From Candidatus Hermodarchaeota archaeon (GTDB lineage Archaea > Asgardarchaeota > Heimdallarchaeia > Hodarchaeales > Hodarchaeaceae), in contig JBHLKY010000010.1 of NCBI GenBank assembly GCA_048886185.1, forward strand, positions 108,526 to 140,525: DNA of 32,000 nt, read 5' to 3'. The notes beneath the pieces are model-generated. The model was not told the origin of the DNA, ran no database searches, and saw nothing but the letters and a program-made list of their open reading frames with translations. Each line of letters opens with the position of its first letter. Position 1 is the stretch's first letter. A program made the position numbers and the translations under genes. This document shows positions 18,414-27,002 of this stretch, piece by piece.

Positions 18414-19421
18414 ATGGATTGGAATTCCCGCGAACGAGTATTAACTGCTTTTAAACATCATGAACCTGATCGTGTTCCATTATTTGAAGCTTGGATTGAA
18501 TCAGAAATAGTTGAGGCTCTTGGAGGAGATCCTTATCTTGCGAGGGAAAGACTTGGTCTTGATTGTATGCCACTTGGGGAACATCCAGAAAATACTAAAG
18601 CGTACAAAAGTGGAATAGATGAATGGGGACGTATCTTTAAAAATGGACATTATCAAATGGGGATGGTTAAAACAGAGAAAGACTTAGAGAAATATTCTGC
18701 GCCCACTTCGCATGCTCAAGATTGGTTTCCATGGGAAAAAATAAAAATCGTTAAGGAAAAATATTCGGAGAATTACGCTTGTTTCTTTGCATGGCATGAT
18801 TGTTCTCTAGGATTAACTTACTTGAGTATGGGAATGGAGAACTTCTTTCGATCATTATATGATCAACCTGAATTAGTAAAAGCAGTGATTGAGAGGAGTA
18901 CTGAATGGACAATTGCCGTAGTAGATCAAGCTAACCAAAGTGAAGTAGACTTCATAATCCTAGGAGATGATGCCGCGGACAATTCACGTCCTCTGATTTC
19001 TCCCAAATTATTTGGTGATTTGATCCTTCCTGAATACAAAAAAATTGTGAAGGCCTCTGATGCCCCAATAATATGGCATAGCGATGGTCACATTACTCCT
19101 TTGCTTTCAATGATCATCGAAGCAGGTTTTATGGGTGTACATTCATTAGAAAAAAAAGCTAATATCAATCTAGCAAATATTAAAAGGCAATATGGTGATA
19201 AATTAGTTTTAGCAGGGAATTTAGATACTACTGAAATTCTAAGTCAGTCAGATCTTACTCTTGTCAGAAAAGATGTTGAGCGATGTTTAAACGAGGGTGC
19301 CCCAGGAGGAGGATTTCTATTCTCATCTAGTAACAGCTTGTTTGAGGGTCATGATATAAGTGCAATTCTGGAGGCTTATCGTTACGCGAAGGAAATTGGA
19401 GAGTACCCAATTCATATTTAG
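18414..19421 (+). CDS. Uroporphyrinogen decarboxylase-fold (URO-D/MtaA-like) protein of unknown function
   Basis: SRERVLTAFKHHEPDRVP, DEWG, MGMENFF, GDD, WHSDG, LAGNLD, PGGGF. ATG 18414 preferred over TTG 18390. Confidence 0.8.
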   Translation: MDWNSRERVLTAFKHHEPDRVPLFEAWIESEIVEALGGDPYLARERLGLDCMPLGEHPENTKAYKSGIDEWGRIFKNGHYQMGMVKTEKDLEKYSAPTSHAQDWFPWEKIKIVKEKYSENYACFFAWHDCSLGLTYLSMGMENFFRSLYDQPELVKAVIERSTEWTIAVVDQANQSEVDFIILGDDAADNSRPLISPKLFGDLILPEYKKIVKASDAPIIWHSDGHITPLLSMIIEAGFMGVHSLEKKANINLANIKRQYGDKLVLAGNLDTTEILSQSDLTLVRKDVERCLNEGAPGGGFLFSSSNSLFEGHDISAILEAYRYAKEIGEYPIHI

Positions 19422-19424
19422 GAA

Positions 19425-21029
19425 TTAGCTCTCCTTTCTCTTTTTAATCCTCGCATAAAAAAGAAATTCTTCCTTCCCAGGGATTAGTTCAATTTCATGG
19501 TCTTCGGTTAACTTGAGTTTTTCTGATATCTCTTCAGGAATTTTAATAACGTTATTCCTCACTTTTACAATCTTAGAGCTTTCAGCATCTTTAATAACAG
19601 GAACACCTCGAAATCTATCGCGAATATTTTCTTGAAAAGATACTGCCTTACGTATCCCTTTTTCTACTACTTTTTCGAATTCCTCATGTGAGTCAAATCC
19701 CATCATTGATGTGACAACATTTGGATCAATTAACTTGACTTGTTGTTTTACTATTATTTCCTCCCAATCCTCCCTTGTGATTCTATAAAGGGAAGAAATA
19801 TTAATATTCTTTTTTTTGATGGGAATATCTTCTGATTCGATTTTTGATTTTGATACATGAAACTGAATTTTTTTTGTCCCACTTCTTGAAACTCTTTTAT
19901 TTGTTGCCTTTTCACTCGTTAATCTGGTGGGTTTCACCTTTAAGTTGGCAAGGAAAACCCCTGCTCTCTCCTCTAATGTATCAGTAAAAGGAACCTTTAA
20001 CAAAACATCTCCCTTAATATAATTAATGATTTTGTCCTTTTTTCTAATTCTAATGGGTTCTAATACACTATAGAACTCTTGTAGGTCTTTTGCTTCAATC
20101 TGTTTGAGTTCATCGAATATTTTAGGAATTATTACTTTACTCTCTTCGACTATATCATTAGTTCTTGATCGAATTACCCCACTATCTAGAGCTATCTTTG
20201 TTATCGCTGTTGTTAAAGATGTTATACCCATTACTAATGAAAAAGCGACCAATCCTGCAGAAAATATATCAAATGGAAGAATATCCACAAGTAGGAAAAG
20301 AATAACCAAAACGCTCCATTTTAATGTCTGTATTGGTCCTTCAATTGTCTTGAGGAATAATTGCACAGGATCGAGAATAATATCAGGAATATGTAATCTG
20401 AAAAGTCGACTATATTGGAATATAAGCTCTGTGAAACCTATGGTTAGAAATATAATATCCGCGTAAGGATTCAACATATTTAGTTCTTCCAACAGAGTTA
20501 GAATTTCTAGAATTACTGCTAACTTCCATAGGTTAAGGAGAAAATAGGAGATAAGAGGAGGGAGATCAAAGATGATATCTTCAAAGACTTCTGAAGAAGG
20601 GATTGTGAACCAAACGAGAAAGATCAAGATTAAGTAAAAGATTAGTATTTGATTAATTGTAAACGCTATTTCGGGACTTAATGTTATCTTAAAGGTTTTA
20701 TTGGGATATCCCAAATGCACAATAAACCAAGAGACGACATAACCTATGATACTCCCCCCACTGACCTGTCCTGCGGTTAAAGACCTTAATTTTCTTGATT
20801 GGAGTCTTGCTACAACTGAAATTAATAAACCAATTCCTCCCAGTCCAATTAAGTAAACAGGCTCGATAATTGGCCTAAAAAAGACGCTGAACACCCAAAT
20901 TACATTAACAAATACTCCTAAACCCGCTATTTTGCTTCTATATTCTTTATTATCAGTAGAACTCCATAATTTTTGTCCAAATAACTTCACATCAAGCTCT
21001 CTAGCCAAATATCTTTCCTCGTTAGGCAA
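19425..21029 (-). CDS. Polytopic membrane protein with cytoplasmic C-terminus ending in an AbrB/MazE-like segment
   Basis: Roughly 7-8 hydrophobic helices in the first ~280 aa; terminal VIKIPEEISEKLKLTEDHEIELIP. Confidence 0.7.
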   Translation of the reverse strand: MPNEERYLARELDVKLFGQKLWSSTDNKEYRSKIAGLGVFVNVIWVFSVFFRPIIEPVYLIGLGGIGLLISVVARLQSRKLRSLTAGQVSGGSIIGYVVSWFIVHLGYPNKTFKITLSPEIAFTINQILIFYLILIFLVWFTIPSSEVFEDIIFDLPPLISYFLLNLWKLAVILEILTLLEELNMLNPYADIIFLTIGFTELIFQYSRLFRLHIPDIILDPVQLFLKTIEGPIQTLKWSVLVILFLLVDILPFDIFSAGLVAFSLVMGITSLTTAITKIALDSGVIRSRTNDIVEESKVIIPKIFDELKQIEAKDLQEFYSVLEPIRIRKKDKIINYIKGDVLLKVPFTDTLEERAGVFLANLKVKPTRLTSEKATNKRVSRSGTKKIQFHVSKSKIESEDIPIKKKNINISSLYRITREDWEEIIVKQQVKLIDPNVVTSMMGFDSHEEFEKVVEKGIRKAVSFQENIRDRFRGVPVIKDAESSKIVKVRNNVIKIPEEISEKLKLTEDHEIELIPGKEEFLFYARIKKRKES

Positions 21030-21174
21030 TTTATAGAATTTGCTAATTATCTAGAGTTGCTAAACAATCATATATTACGATTTTTTGAGAGGTAAATGAT
21101 TTATTCGAATTCAGTATTATAGGCATAAAAAAGTATAAGTTGTATCCAAATCAGAAATGAAGCTTATAGAAATT

Positions 21175-21192
21175 ATCAAAAAAGAAAAGAGG
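21175..21192 (-). terminator. Oligo-U archaeal terminator candidate
   Basis: TCTTTTCTTTTTTG on the minus strand just after the 21205 stop. Confidence 0.4.
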
Positions 21193-21204
21193 TCATGAGA
21201 GAAG

Positions 21205-22290
21205 TTAATTTCTCTTCTTTGACCTTTTTAGTAAAACCAAACCTAGTGTGAGGATCGCTGGAAGTATAGTGAGTCCAGGAGTACCATTTGTAATGGTCTC
21301 TTCTTCTGCGATTGTCCAAAGACTAAAATGAGTCGTGTTACAATAAAGGGTATTTTCTTCTAACCATTGATGTTTAGGGGATTCCCATTTCTCGGAAGAT
21401 TCGTTATAAAACATGAACTTAAGCTTTTCCATGTTTTTAATGCCTAGCTGATTCTTTATTTGATTAGTAAAAGTATAGGAAAAGTTTGCTTGAACCTGAG
21501 CGGAATTGTTCATTTCAATAGCAATCGTCTGGGTACGGATCTGAAACTTAGATTGCTTCATTTCCCTAGGAGATTTTTCATATTCAGTCACAGTAATCTC
21601 TGAGCCTTGATTCAATATCAACTGAAGAGAGAAACCACTTTGTGTCTGGATTTGATATCTATTACCAGCCTGAAGAGCAAATCCTGTTCCATTCTTACAT
21701 TCAAATGGTATTCCAGGAGTAGGATTACGTTCAGAGCTCATATCGTTTTCTGGCGCAAGAATAGTCCAAATACTGAAGTGTGATGTACTACAAAGAACAG
21801 CTGCTCCATCTGTTTTCTTTTCAACCCAATTTTGATGAGCATATTCCCATTGAAATTTGGAAGTGTTATAGTAGGCCCATCTAAAAGTGGAAACATTACC
21901 AAGGCCGTTTAATTCTTGATTAGTATAATTCCTACATAATGTAGCATTCATCGCAACAGTACCATTTAATTCAATGTGCATGTACCTATTAACAGAACGT
22001 GTTTGGTTTGGTAACAGGCCTGTAGGATTGGTATCTGATTCATTAATTTGAATTCTTGCACATTCGTTTGTTCGTACCTGTATTTGATTACCTGTCATAG
22101 TCCTTATATGTGTTCTATTTCCAGCTGTTATATTAAACATTTCTCCGTTACCTGAAGTTATCCAAGGATTCTCTGGGCTTCCAGCTGTTGGTGAGGTGTT
22201 ATCAGCATTCACGGAAGCTAATAAGTAGATTCCTAGAAGATTGAGAATAAGTAAGGAGAAAATTAAGTGTTTCTTTTTCATATCTATCAC
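21205..22290 (-). CDS. Secreted surface glycoprotein with two ~150-aa repeats, each ending in C-x-T-x-HFS-x-W, and a PGF-CTERM-like anchor
   Basis: Signal peptide, HFS at aa 171-173 and 321-323, many N-x-S/T sequons, TPGL followed by TM and basic tail. Confidence 0.8.
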   Translation of the reverse strand: MIDMKKKHLIFSLLILNLLGIYLLASVNADNTSPTAGSPENPWITSGNGEMFNITAGNRTHIRTMTGNQIQVRTNECARIQINESDTNPTGLLPNQTRSVNRYMHIELNGTVAMNATLCRNYTNQELNGLGNVSTFRWAYYNTSKFQWEYAHQNWVEKKTDGAAVLCSTSHFSIWTILAPENDMSSERNPTPGIPFECKNGTGFALQAGNRYQIQTQSGFSLQLILNQGSEITVTEYEKSPREMKQSKFQIRTQTIAIEMNNSAQVQANFSYTFTNQIKNQLGIKNMEKLKFMFYNESSEKWESPKHQWLEENTLYCNTTHFSLWTIAEEETITNGTPGLTILPAILTLGLVLLKRSKKRN

Positions 22291-22557
22291 CTATATAAAA
22301 TATTTAGTAAAACTTCCATAATGAAGAAGTCAATTTTCTCTATTCCTTGCATATATAATTTATTTGAGGAACACTTTTTTGGTAGGTTGTTTAGATGATA
22401 ATAGCATTCCTCATTCCTCTAAATCCCAGAAGTTCATCTGTCTGTATTTTAATTTGTTTAAAGTAACTATTTGAAGAAATCCTCTGTTAAGGGTTTCTAT
22501 ATACTATAGGGAAAAGTCAAGGAACCATTTGATTCAGAAACTTAAATTGGTTGCAGA

Positions 22558-24063
22558 TTAATTCGTTTTATTACGCCTGTTGATTGCCTCAATTAAAATT
22601 TTAAATTTAGCGGAATTAAGAAAATAGCGGTCTCCTTTGAGAGTGATGAGATTGATCCTCTGAAATTTTTTTGTATGATATCTAATTGATTCTTTTGATT
22701 CTCCTATATACTCTGTTAATGCATTAAGATCCCATGAGTTCATTTCTTTAAAAGCCCTCGCAACTCTAAAACCGACTCCAGAAATTATAGCAAAATAGAT
22801 TTCTAAGAAATCAGGATTTGGTTGTTCTCGTAGTAAATAAAAGATCTCATATTGACCATAAATTTGTCTTTTAATTATCTTGAAATCTTCCAATACTTGT
22901 AAATGCCATCGAAGGCTAGAGGTCCCTATATCTAATTCTCGCTTTAATTCACGAAAATGTAGGAACCCGCGTTCTTCAAGTATATCAATTATTTGAGTCC
23001 GATAGGGATTCTCAAGTACATCGTATTCATCTATTCTTCGAACAACTGGTGGATAAAGAATTTGTCCAATTAATAATAGTGGTGTGAGTAAAAATCTTGA
23101 GAACCAGTCACGATCTATTGGAATTTCAATTCTTTTTGGTTTTAAATCCCATTTACTTATCATATAAGCTAATCCAACGACTAATAATGATACTGAGGTG
23201 ATTATTATCCCGATTTGAATAGTTTCCTCAGAAATATTGAATAATGGAAACAAATCCATTTCAGAAAAAGTAGATTGTGAACTAGAATTAGTCTGAGTGA
23301 CAATTGTATGTTTAATTCCGGAAGTGATGAGAGAAGTTAAAAATTGGCTATAAAGAATAGAGGATGAATTAAATTCAGCAAGTGATAGAGGAACAGCAAA
23401 AACAAATCCTGCTTGTTTATTATATCCTGTGATGGTTGCTTTACCATCAGGGGTATTTTGGCTTGTTGCAATACTAAATGAATCATCCAAGGAGTAAGTT
23501 ATTCCTAAGTTCCCTCTTAGTTCTATTGTAGAATTTTTTGACATTTGAAAAGGATCTCGGGTAAATGTTTCATTTACTATAGTCAGTGTTATATCTCCAG
23601 CTATATTCCCAGATGGCCATTCTTTTGGCCCAGAACTCACACTTAATCCTAATAAATCGTGGAGGGCTCCTGGAAATCGCCATATCTCTGGGGATATAAT
23701 CCCATACAGTCCCCCTTCGTGTATGAAATTTTCAATGGCACTTACAATTGTTTCATTAAATGGAGAACTTACTTGATCTAGAATCATTATAATGTATGAA
23801 TAAGTGTCCAAGTAGTTCTCACCTAGAAATAAATTGTTTAAGTCATCAGAAGTTCTAATATTTACTATATTACTTGTTAGATTTAAAGATTGATTTAGAG
23901 TCATTGCTAAGGAGTTATCAACTTCATTCTCTACAATGAACAGTATAGAGTCCTTCGGAAAAACGACAGTTGAACTTAAGATTGAATTCAAATTAATGAA
24001 AAGAATGACAAAAATAAAAATCACTAATAACAGGTTTTTTTGCAGTTTTTTGCTTGATTTCAA
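22558..24063 (-). CDS. Membrane-anchored transcriptional regulator: extracellular domain, TM, two winged-helix domains
   Basis: Signal/TM at the N-terminus, TM at ~23160-23222, then VLENPYRTQIIDILEERGFLHFRELKRELDIGTSSLRWHLQVLE and a second HTH (KESIRYHTKKFQRINLI). Confidence 0.8.
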   Translation of the reverse strand: MKSSKKLQKNLLLVIFIFVILFINLNSILSSTVVFPKDSILFIVENEVDNSLAMTLNQSLNLTSNIVNIRTSDDLNNLFLGENYLDTYSYIIMILDQVSSPFNETIVSAIENFIHEGGLYGIISPEIWRFPGALHDLLGLSVSSGPKEWPSGNIAGDITLTIVNETFTRDPFQMSKNSTIELRGNLGITYSLDDSFSIATSQNTPDGKATITGYNKQAGFVFAVPLSLAEFNSSSILYSQFLTSLITSGIKHTIVTQTNSSSQSTFSEMDLFPLFNISEETIQIGIIITSVSLLVVGLAYMISKWDLKPKRIEIPIDRDWFSRFLLTPLLLIGQILYPPVVRRIDEYDVLENPYRTQIIDILEERGFLHFRELKRELDIGTSSLRWHLQVLEDFKIIKRQIYGQYEIFYLLREQPNPDFLEIYFAIISGVGFRVARAFKEMNSWDLNALTEYIGESKESIRYHTKKFQRINLITLKGDRYFLNSAKFKILIEAINRRNKTN

Positions 24064-24468
24064 AAAACAACCTCTATAATCTACTCTAACACAGTCACAT
24101 GACTTAAAGATATTACATCTTTTTTATTTATAGGATCACTTTTTTTAAGCTCTCTAAATCTCAATAGAGAAAAATAAATTAGCTTGAAGAAATTAAGAAT
24201 TGTAATAGTACAGGGAAAATGCTATATTTTAAGTATTTTCATTTAACTCTGTCTTCTTGTACAAACATTCCATATCCTTACGCAGAATCCTTTTTTCAAT
24301 ATTTATTAGATGTTTGAGAAAGGTTAAAATTAGTAAGCAGGGTATTTTCAGAATCAATGGAAAATTTGGCTATCGATGGTAGATCCTTATGATCAGAATA
24401 AAATTTTTCACCAAATTTATGATGATGTGGGACAGTCTCGATAAAGATGTATAATATATGTTCCTTTC

Positions 24469-25542
24469 TTATTTTAACTTGGAGCATTTGACAAAGTATA
24501 TTATTGCTGAAAAAGACAAAATAGCATAAATTATGCTTATATTCCAGTTTATTGTTTTAGAAATAATGCTTCGTTTTGAAGAGGAAACTATAGATGATTC
24601 TACTAGTGAATATGATGTTCCTGGTGTCATTGTTCTTGGATATAAAGGAGAGATATAGCCCTCAAAGAAGATATCAAGAGTTCCCTGAATGTCTTGTGAG
24701 AACATTTTAAATGTTGAATTCATGGTGTTGAATAACAACCGATAAGTGTGCCCCTCGTTCCCTCGATGATAATAATGTTTGATTCCATGCATATCAAGCA
24801 GCTGTGAGAAGTTATCATAAGTATGGTAAATATAATCACCTTTACCAGTTGCTAGAAACAATGACTTGTTGTAAAAGACCTCAAGATGATGATGTGGAGA
24901 AGCGGTAAAAATCATCTCATCTGAAGGCCATGTTCGTCTATAATGAATGAGAAATATCTCCTCTCTGAAATCAGGTATCCCTCCTCCAGAGAATAAACCA
25001 TTAAATAAGTTTGGGTGCCGAACGAATATTGTAACTGCTCCCATACCACCCATGCTAAATCCATAAATAAACCATTTATTACAATTTAATTGGAGGAAAG
25101 TAGTATTTGCATCTTCCATACAAGCCAAGACTTTCTTTTCACCATTATTAGGAGCATAATAATCGCCTACCGCGCCTTCAGCGAAAACCAATGCTAATCC
25201 GAACTCTCTTGCTGTTTGAATGAGCGGAGAATCTAGCATGTTTTCTTCTGGCTGTTCCCAGAAGTCCCCAATCAAGTAGGTTTCATGATCACCTGTCAGA
25301 TGAGGAATAATTAATACAGCTCCAACAGGTTCTTGTGGAGGATGATATAGATAATAATGTAGTATTTGCTCATTTACTTCAATGTTATGACTTGTTAATG
25401 ATTCTTCTATTGTTGTTGCATCTAAAGGAGAAGACTGGATTACAGGAAAAATGTGAGAAATTAGTAAAACATGTATAATAAAAAGAAAAATAGCCTTTTC
25501 TATATGAAATGTGTAGATTAACTGGAACTTTAGTTGAGCCAT
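24469..25542 (-). CDS. Cell-surface alpha/beta-hydrolase (esterase) with signal peptide and C-terminal TM (ORF track start 25560)
   Basis: GFSMGG nucleophile elbow, GKGD, EGHT, Ser/Thr-rich stalk, terminal TM. Confidence 0.8.
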   Translation of the reverse strand: MAQLKFQLIYTFHIEKAIFLFIIHVLLISHIFPVIQSSPLDATTIEESLTSHNIEVNEQILHYYLYHPPQEPVGAVLIIPHLTGDHETYLIGDFWEQPEENMLDSPLIQTAREFGLALVFAEGAVGDYYAPNNGEKKVLACMEDANTTFLQLNCNKWFIYGFSMGGMGAVTIFVRHPNLFNGLFSGGGIPDFREEIFLIHYRRTWPSDEMIFTASPHHHLEVFYNKSLFLATGKGDYIYHTYDNFSQLLDMHGIKHYYHRGNEGHTYRLLFNTMNSTFKMFSQDIQGTLDIFFEGYISPLYPRTMTPGTSYSLVESSIVSSSKRSIISKTINWNISIIYAILSFSAIIYFVKCSKLK

Positions 25543-25661
25543 CCCAACATCTTCCCTCATCTTATATTATTTTAAGAGCTTGATTAATGCAATTAGTTAC
25601 GAATTGAATTTCTAGGATATTTGGAGCCAAAATTTAAAATATTATAGGTTTTAGTAATAAT

Positions 25662-26111
25662 TTAGAGTTTTTTTGGCTTTCTCTTTACAGCTACGATTTT
25701 CTTTACGTCTAGAATGTCATTAGTCTCGAAAATTCTGATCCATAACCATCGTCCGTCACGTAATTGCTTACTATCTCGGATGAGATTGTAAATTTTCGGA
25801 CTTAACTCATTCTTCATTGACAGAGTTTTTTCTGCTTCTTTCTTGCTAAGAGTGATCAATATCGTAAAAGCTCCTTTTTCTGGGAATAAAGAGCATAATG
25901 TGCGACCACTTTTTCGATATCTAACTGTCCATCCATATTTTTTACCATAAAAAACAGTCTCTTGTACAAAATCATAGTTATCATTGAGATAATTTTCTAT
26001 TTCCCTCCAAAGTGTCCTTGCCTTTCCAATATAAGACAATATTTCCTCAATTTCTGGTTTGATCAAGTTCTCCATCATTCGAAGATATTTTTGTTCGATT
26101 TCTCTCACCAA
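25662..26111 (-). CDS. DUF3788-family protein
   Basis: YGKKYGWTVRYRKSGRTLCSLFPEKGAF and DGRWLWI. Confidence 0.8.
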   Translation of the reverse strand: MVREIEQKYLRMMENLIKPEIEEILSYIGKARTLWREIENYLNDNYDFVQETVFYGKKYGWTVRYRKSGRTLCSLFPEKGAFTILITLSKKEAEKTLSMKNELSPKIYNLIRDSKQLRDGRWLWIRIFETNDILDVKKIVAVKRKPKKL

Positions 26112-26209
26112 TTTTTATTTTGTATGTAAATGAGTAATTTGCGAATATATTGTTTAGATTTTCTTTTAAATTTCTGCGAAGATTTATTAAATATAAGGGG
26201 TCACAAAGG

Positions 26210-26542
26210 ATGACATTTGAAAAAACAAGCTTTTCACCCAAAAAGATTTCTTTTAATGTACCAACTTACTTGAGTGCTATCCCAGATTTAAAACAATTAG
26301 ATTTAACCCCAACGGAACAGAAATTATATCTTCAATTGTCATTAGAGTTCCAAATCATTATGGATGGCGCACCGAGCTTTCAGATAGGAGCATATAAATG
26401 GAATAAGGTTCTACCTCAGCGTTTAGAAATGTACGGGATAACTCAAGAGGAATGGGAAAGAATATCTGCTGTTGGTGATAATAATGATGAGATCCAAGAT
26501 CAACTAGTTCAGTTAGTTGAGAAACTCGAAAATTATTCGTAG
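26210..26542 (+). CDS. Hypothetical soluble protein (110 aa)
   Basis: ATG 26210 preceded by AAGG(A); protein-like composition; no family recognised. Confidence 0.6.
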   Translation: MTFEKTSFSPKKISFNVPTYLSAIPDLKQLDLTPTEQKLYLQLSLEFQIIMDGAPSFQIGAYKWNKVLPQRLEMYGITQEEWERISAVGDNNDEIQDQLVQLVEKLENYS

Positions 26543-26571
26543 TTGAATCCTATTTTATTTGGAAAATTTTT

Positions 26572-26588
26572 AGAAAAAAGAGAGAAAG
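26572..26588 (-). terminator. U-rich terminator candidate for the histone gene
   Basis: CTTTCTCTCTTTTTTCT on the minus strand ~30 nt after the stop. Confidence 0.45.
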
Positions 26589-26618
26589 CGAGTAGATACC
26601 AAACAGCAGAAGATTGTT

Positions 26619-26822
26619 TTATTTCTCGGCTGCTAGTTTAATATCTGACTCTTTTACTGTTTTTCGTCCAGAATGGCGTGCGATTTCAACAGCATATTTT
26701 GCGAGATTTGTAGCATAATCTGTAAGGATTTCATTTAAACGATTAATCGCATCTGCCGAAACACGGAAAGCGCCAGCATTCCGGATAATTTTTTCAACAC
26801 GGGCGTGTGCGAACCCTGACAT
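26619..26822 (-). CDS. Archaeal histone (HMfA/B-like singlet, 67 aa)
   Basis: IIRNAGAFRVSADA...IARHSGRKTVKESDIKLA; ATG 26822 with AGGTGA SD. Confidence 0.95.
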   Translation of the reverse strand: MSGFAHARVEKIIRNAGAFRVSADAINRLNEILTDYATNLAKYAVEIARHSGRKTVKESDIKLAAEK

Positions 26823-26854
26823 TAATTTCACCTTTTCTCTGCTATGAATTGTTG

Positions 26855-26875
26855 TGAGTCCTACAATAGACTCAT
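26855..26875 (-). promoter_or_regulatory. Inverted repeat/hairpin in the predicted histone 5' leader, containing a 4-codon uORF
   Basis: TGAGTC-TATTGTAG-GACTCA; ATG AGT CTA TTG TAG at 26875-26861. Confidence 0.5.
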
Positions 26876-26897
26876 ATAGGGCGGGTAACGTATAATA

Positions 26898-26913
26898 TAT
26901 TTAAAGCTTACTC
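26898..26913 (-). promoter_or_regulatory. BRE + TATA of the histone gene
   Basis: GAGTAAGC TTTAAATA on the minus strand; predicted TSS ~26875. Confidence 0.6.
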
Positions 26914-27002
26914 TATTTCTCGATATAAATACCAGTTCACTAGTAAAAAAAAGAGTTTGAGCGAATATCATGAATATTGCTAGTTGCCAGACTTAGTACC
27001 AA

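Noticed and set aside
18414-19421. Naming the gene hemE or mtaA
   Set aside because: The diagnostic RQAGR and H-x-C...C motifs are absent.
1742-20466. Opposite-strand or nested ORFs in the track (1742, 2798, 3043, 5660, 6773, 7985, 9702, 10475, 10641, 12861, 12869, 13679, 14555, 17888, 20104)
   Set aside because: Each overlaps a gene with clear family motifs and shows no motifs of its own; treated as shadow ORFs.
24296-24487. 63-aa minus-strand ORF after the esterase
   Set aside because: It overlaps the esterase stop, has no SD or motif, and lies in AT-rich spacer.
26047-26241. 64-aa minus-strand ORF
   Set aside because: It overlaps both DUF3788 and the 26210 gene; no motif.
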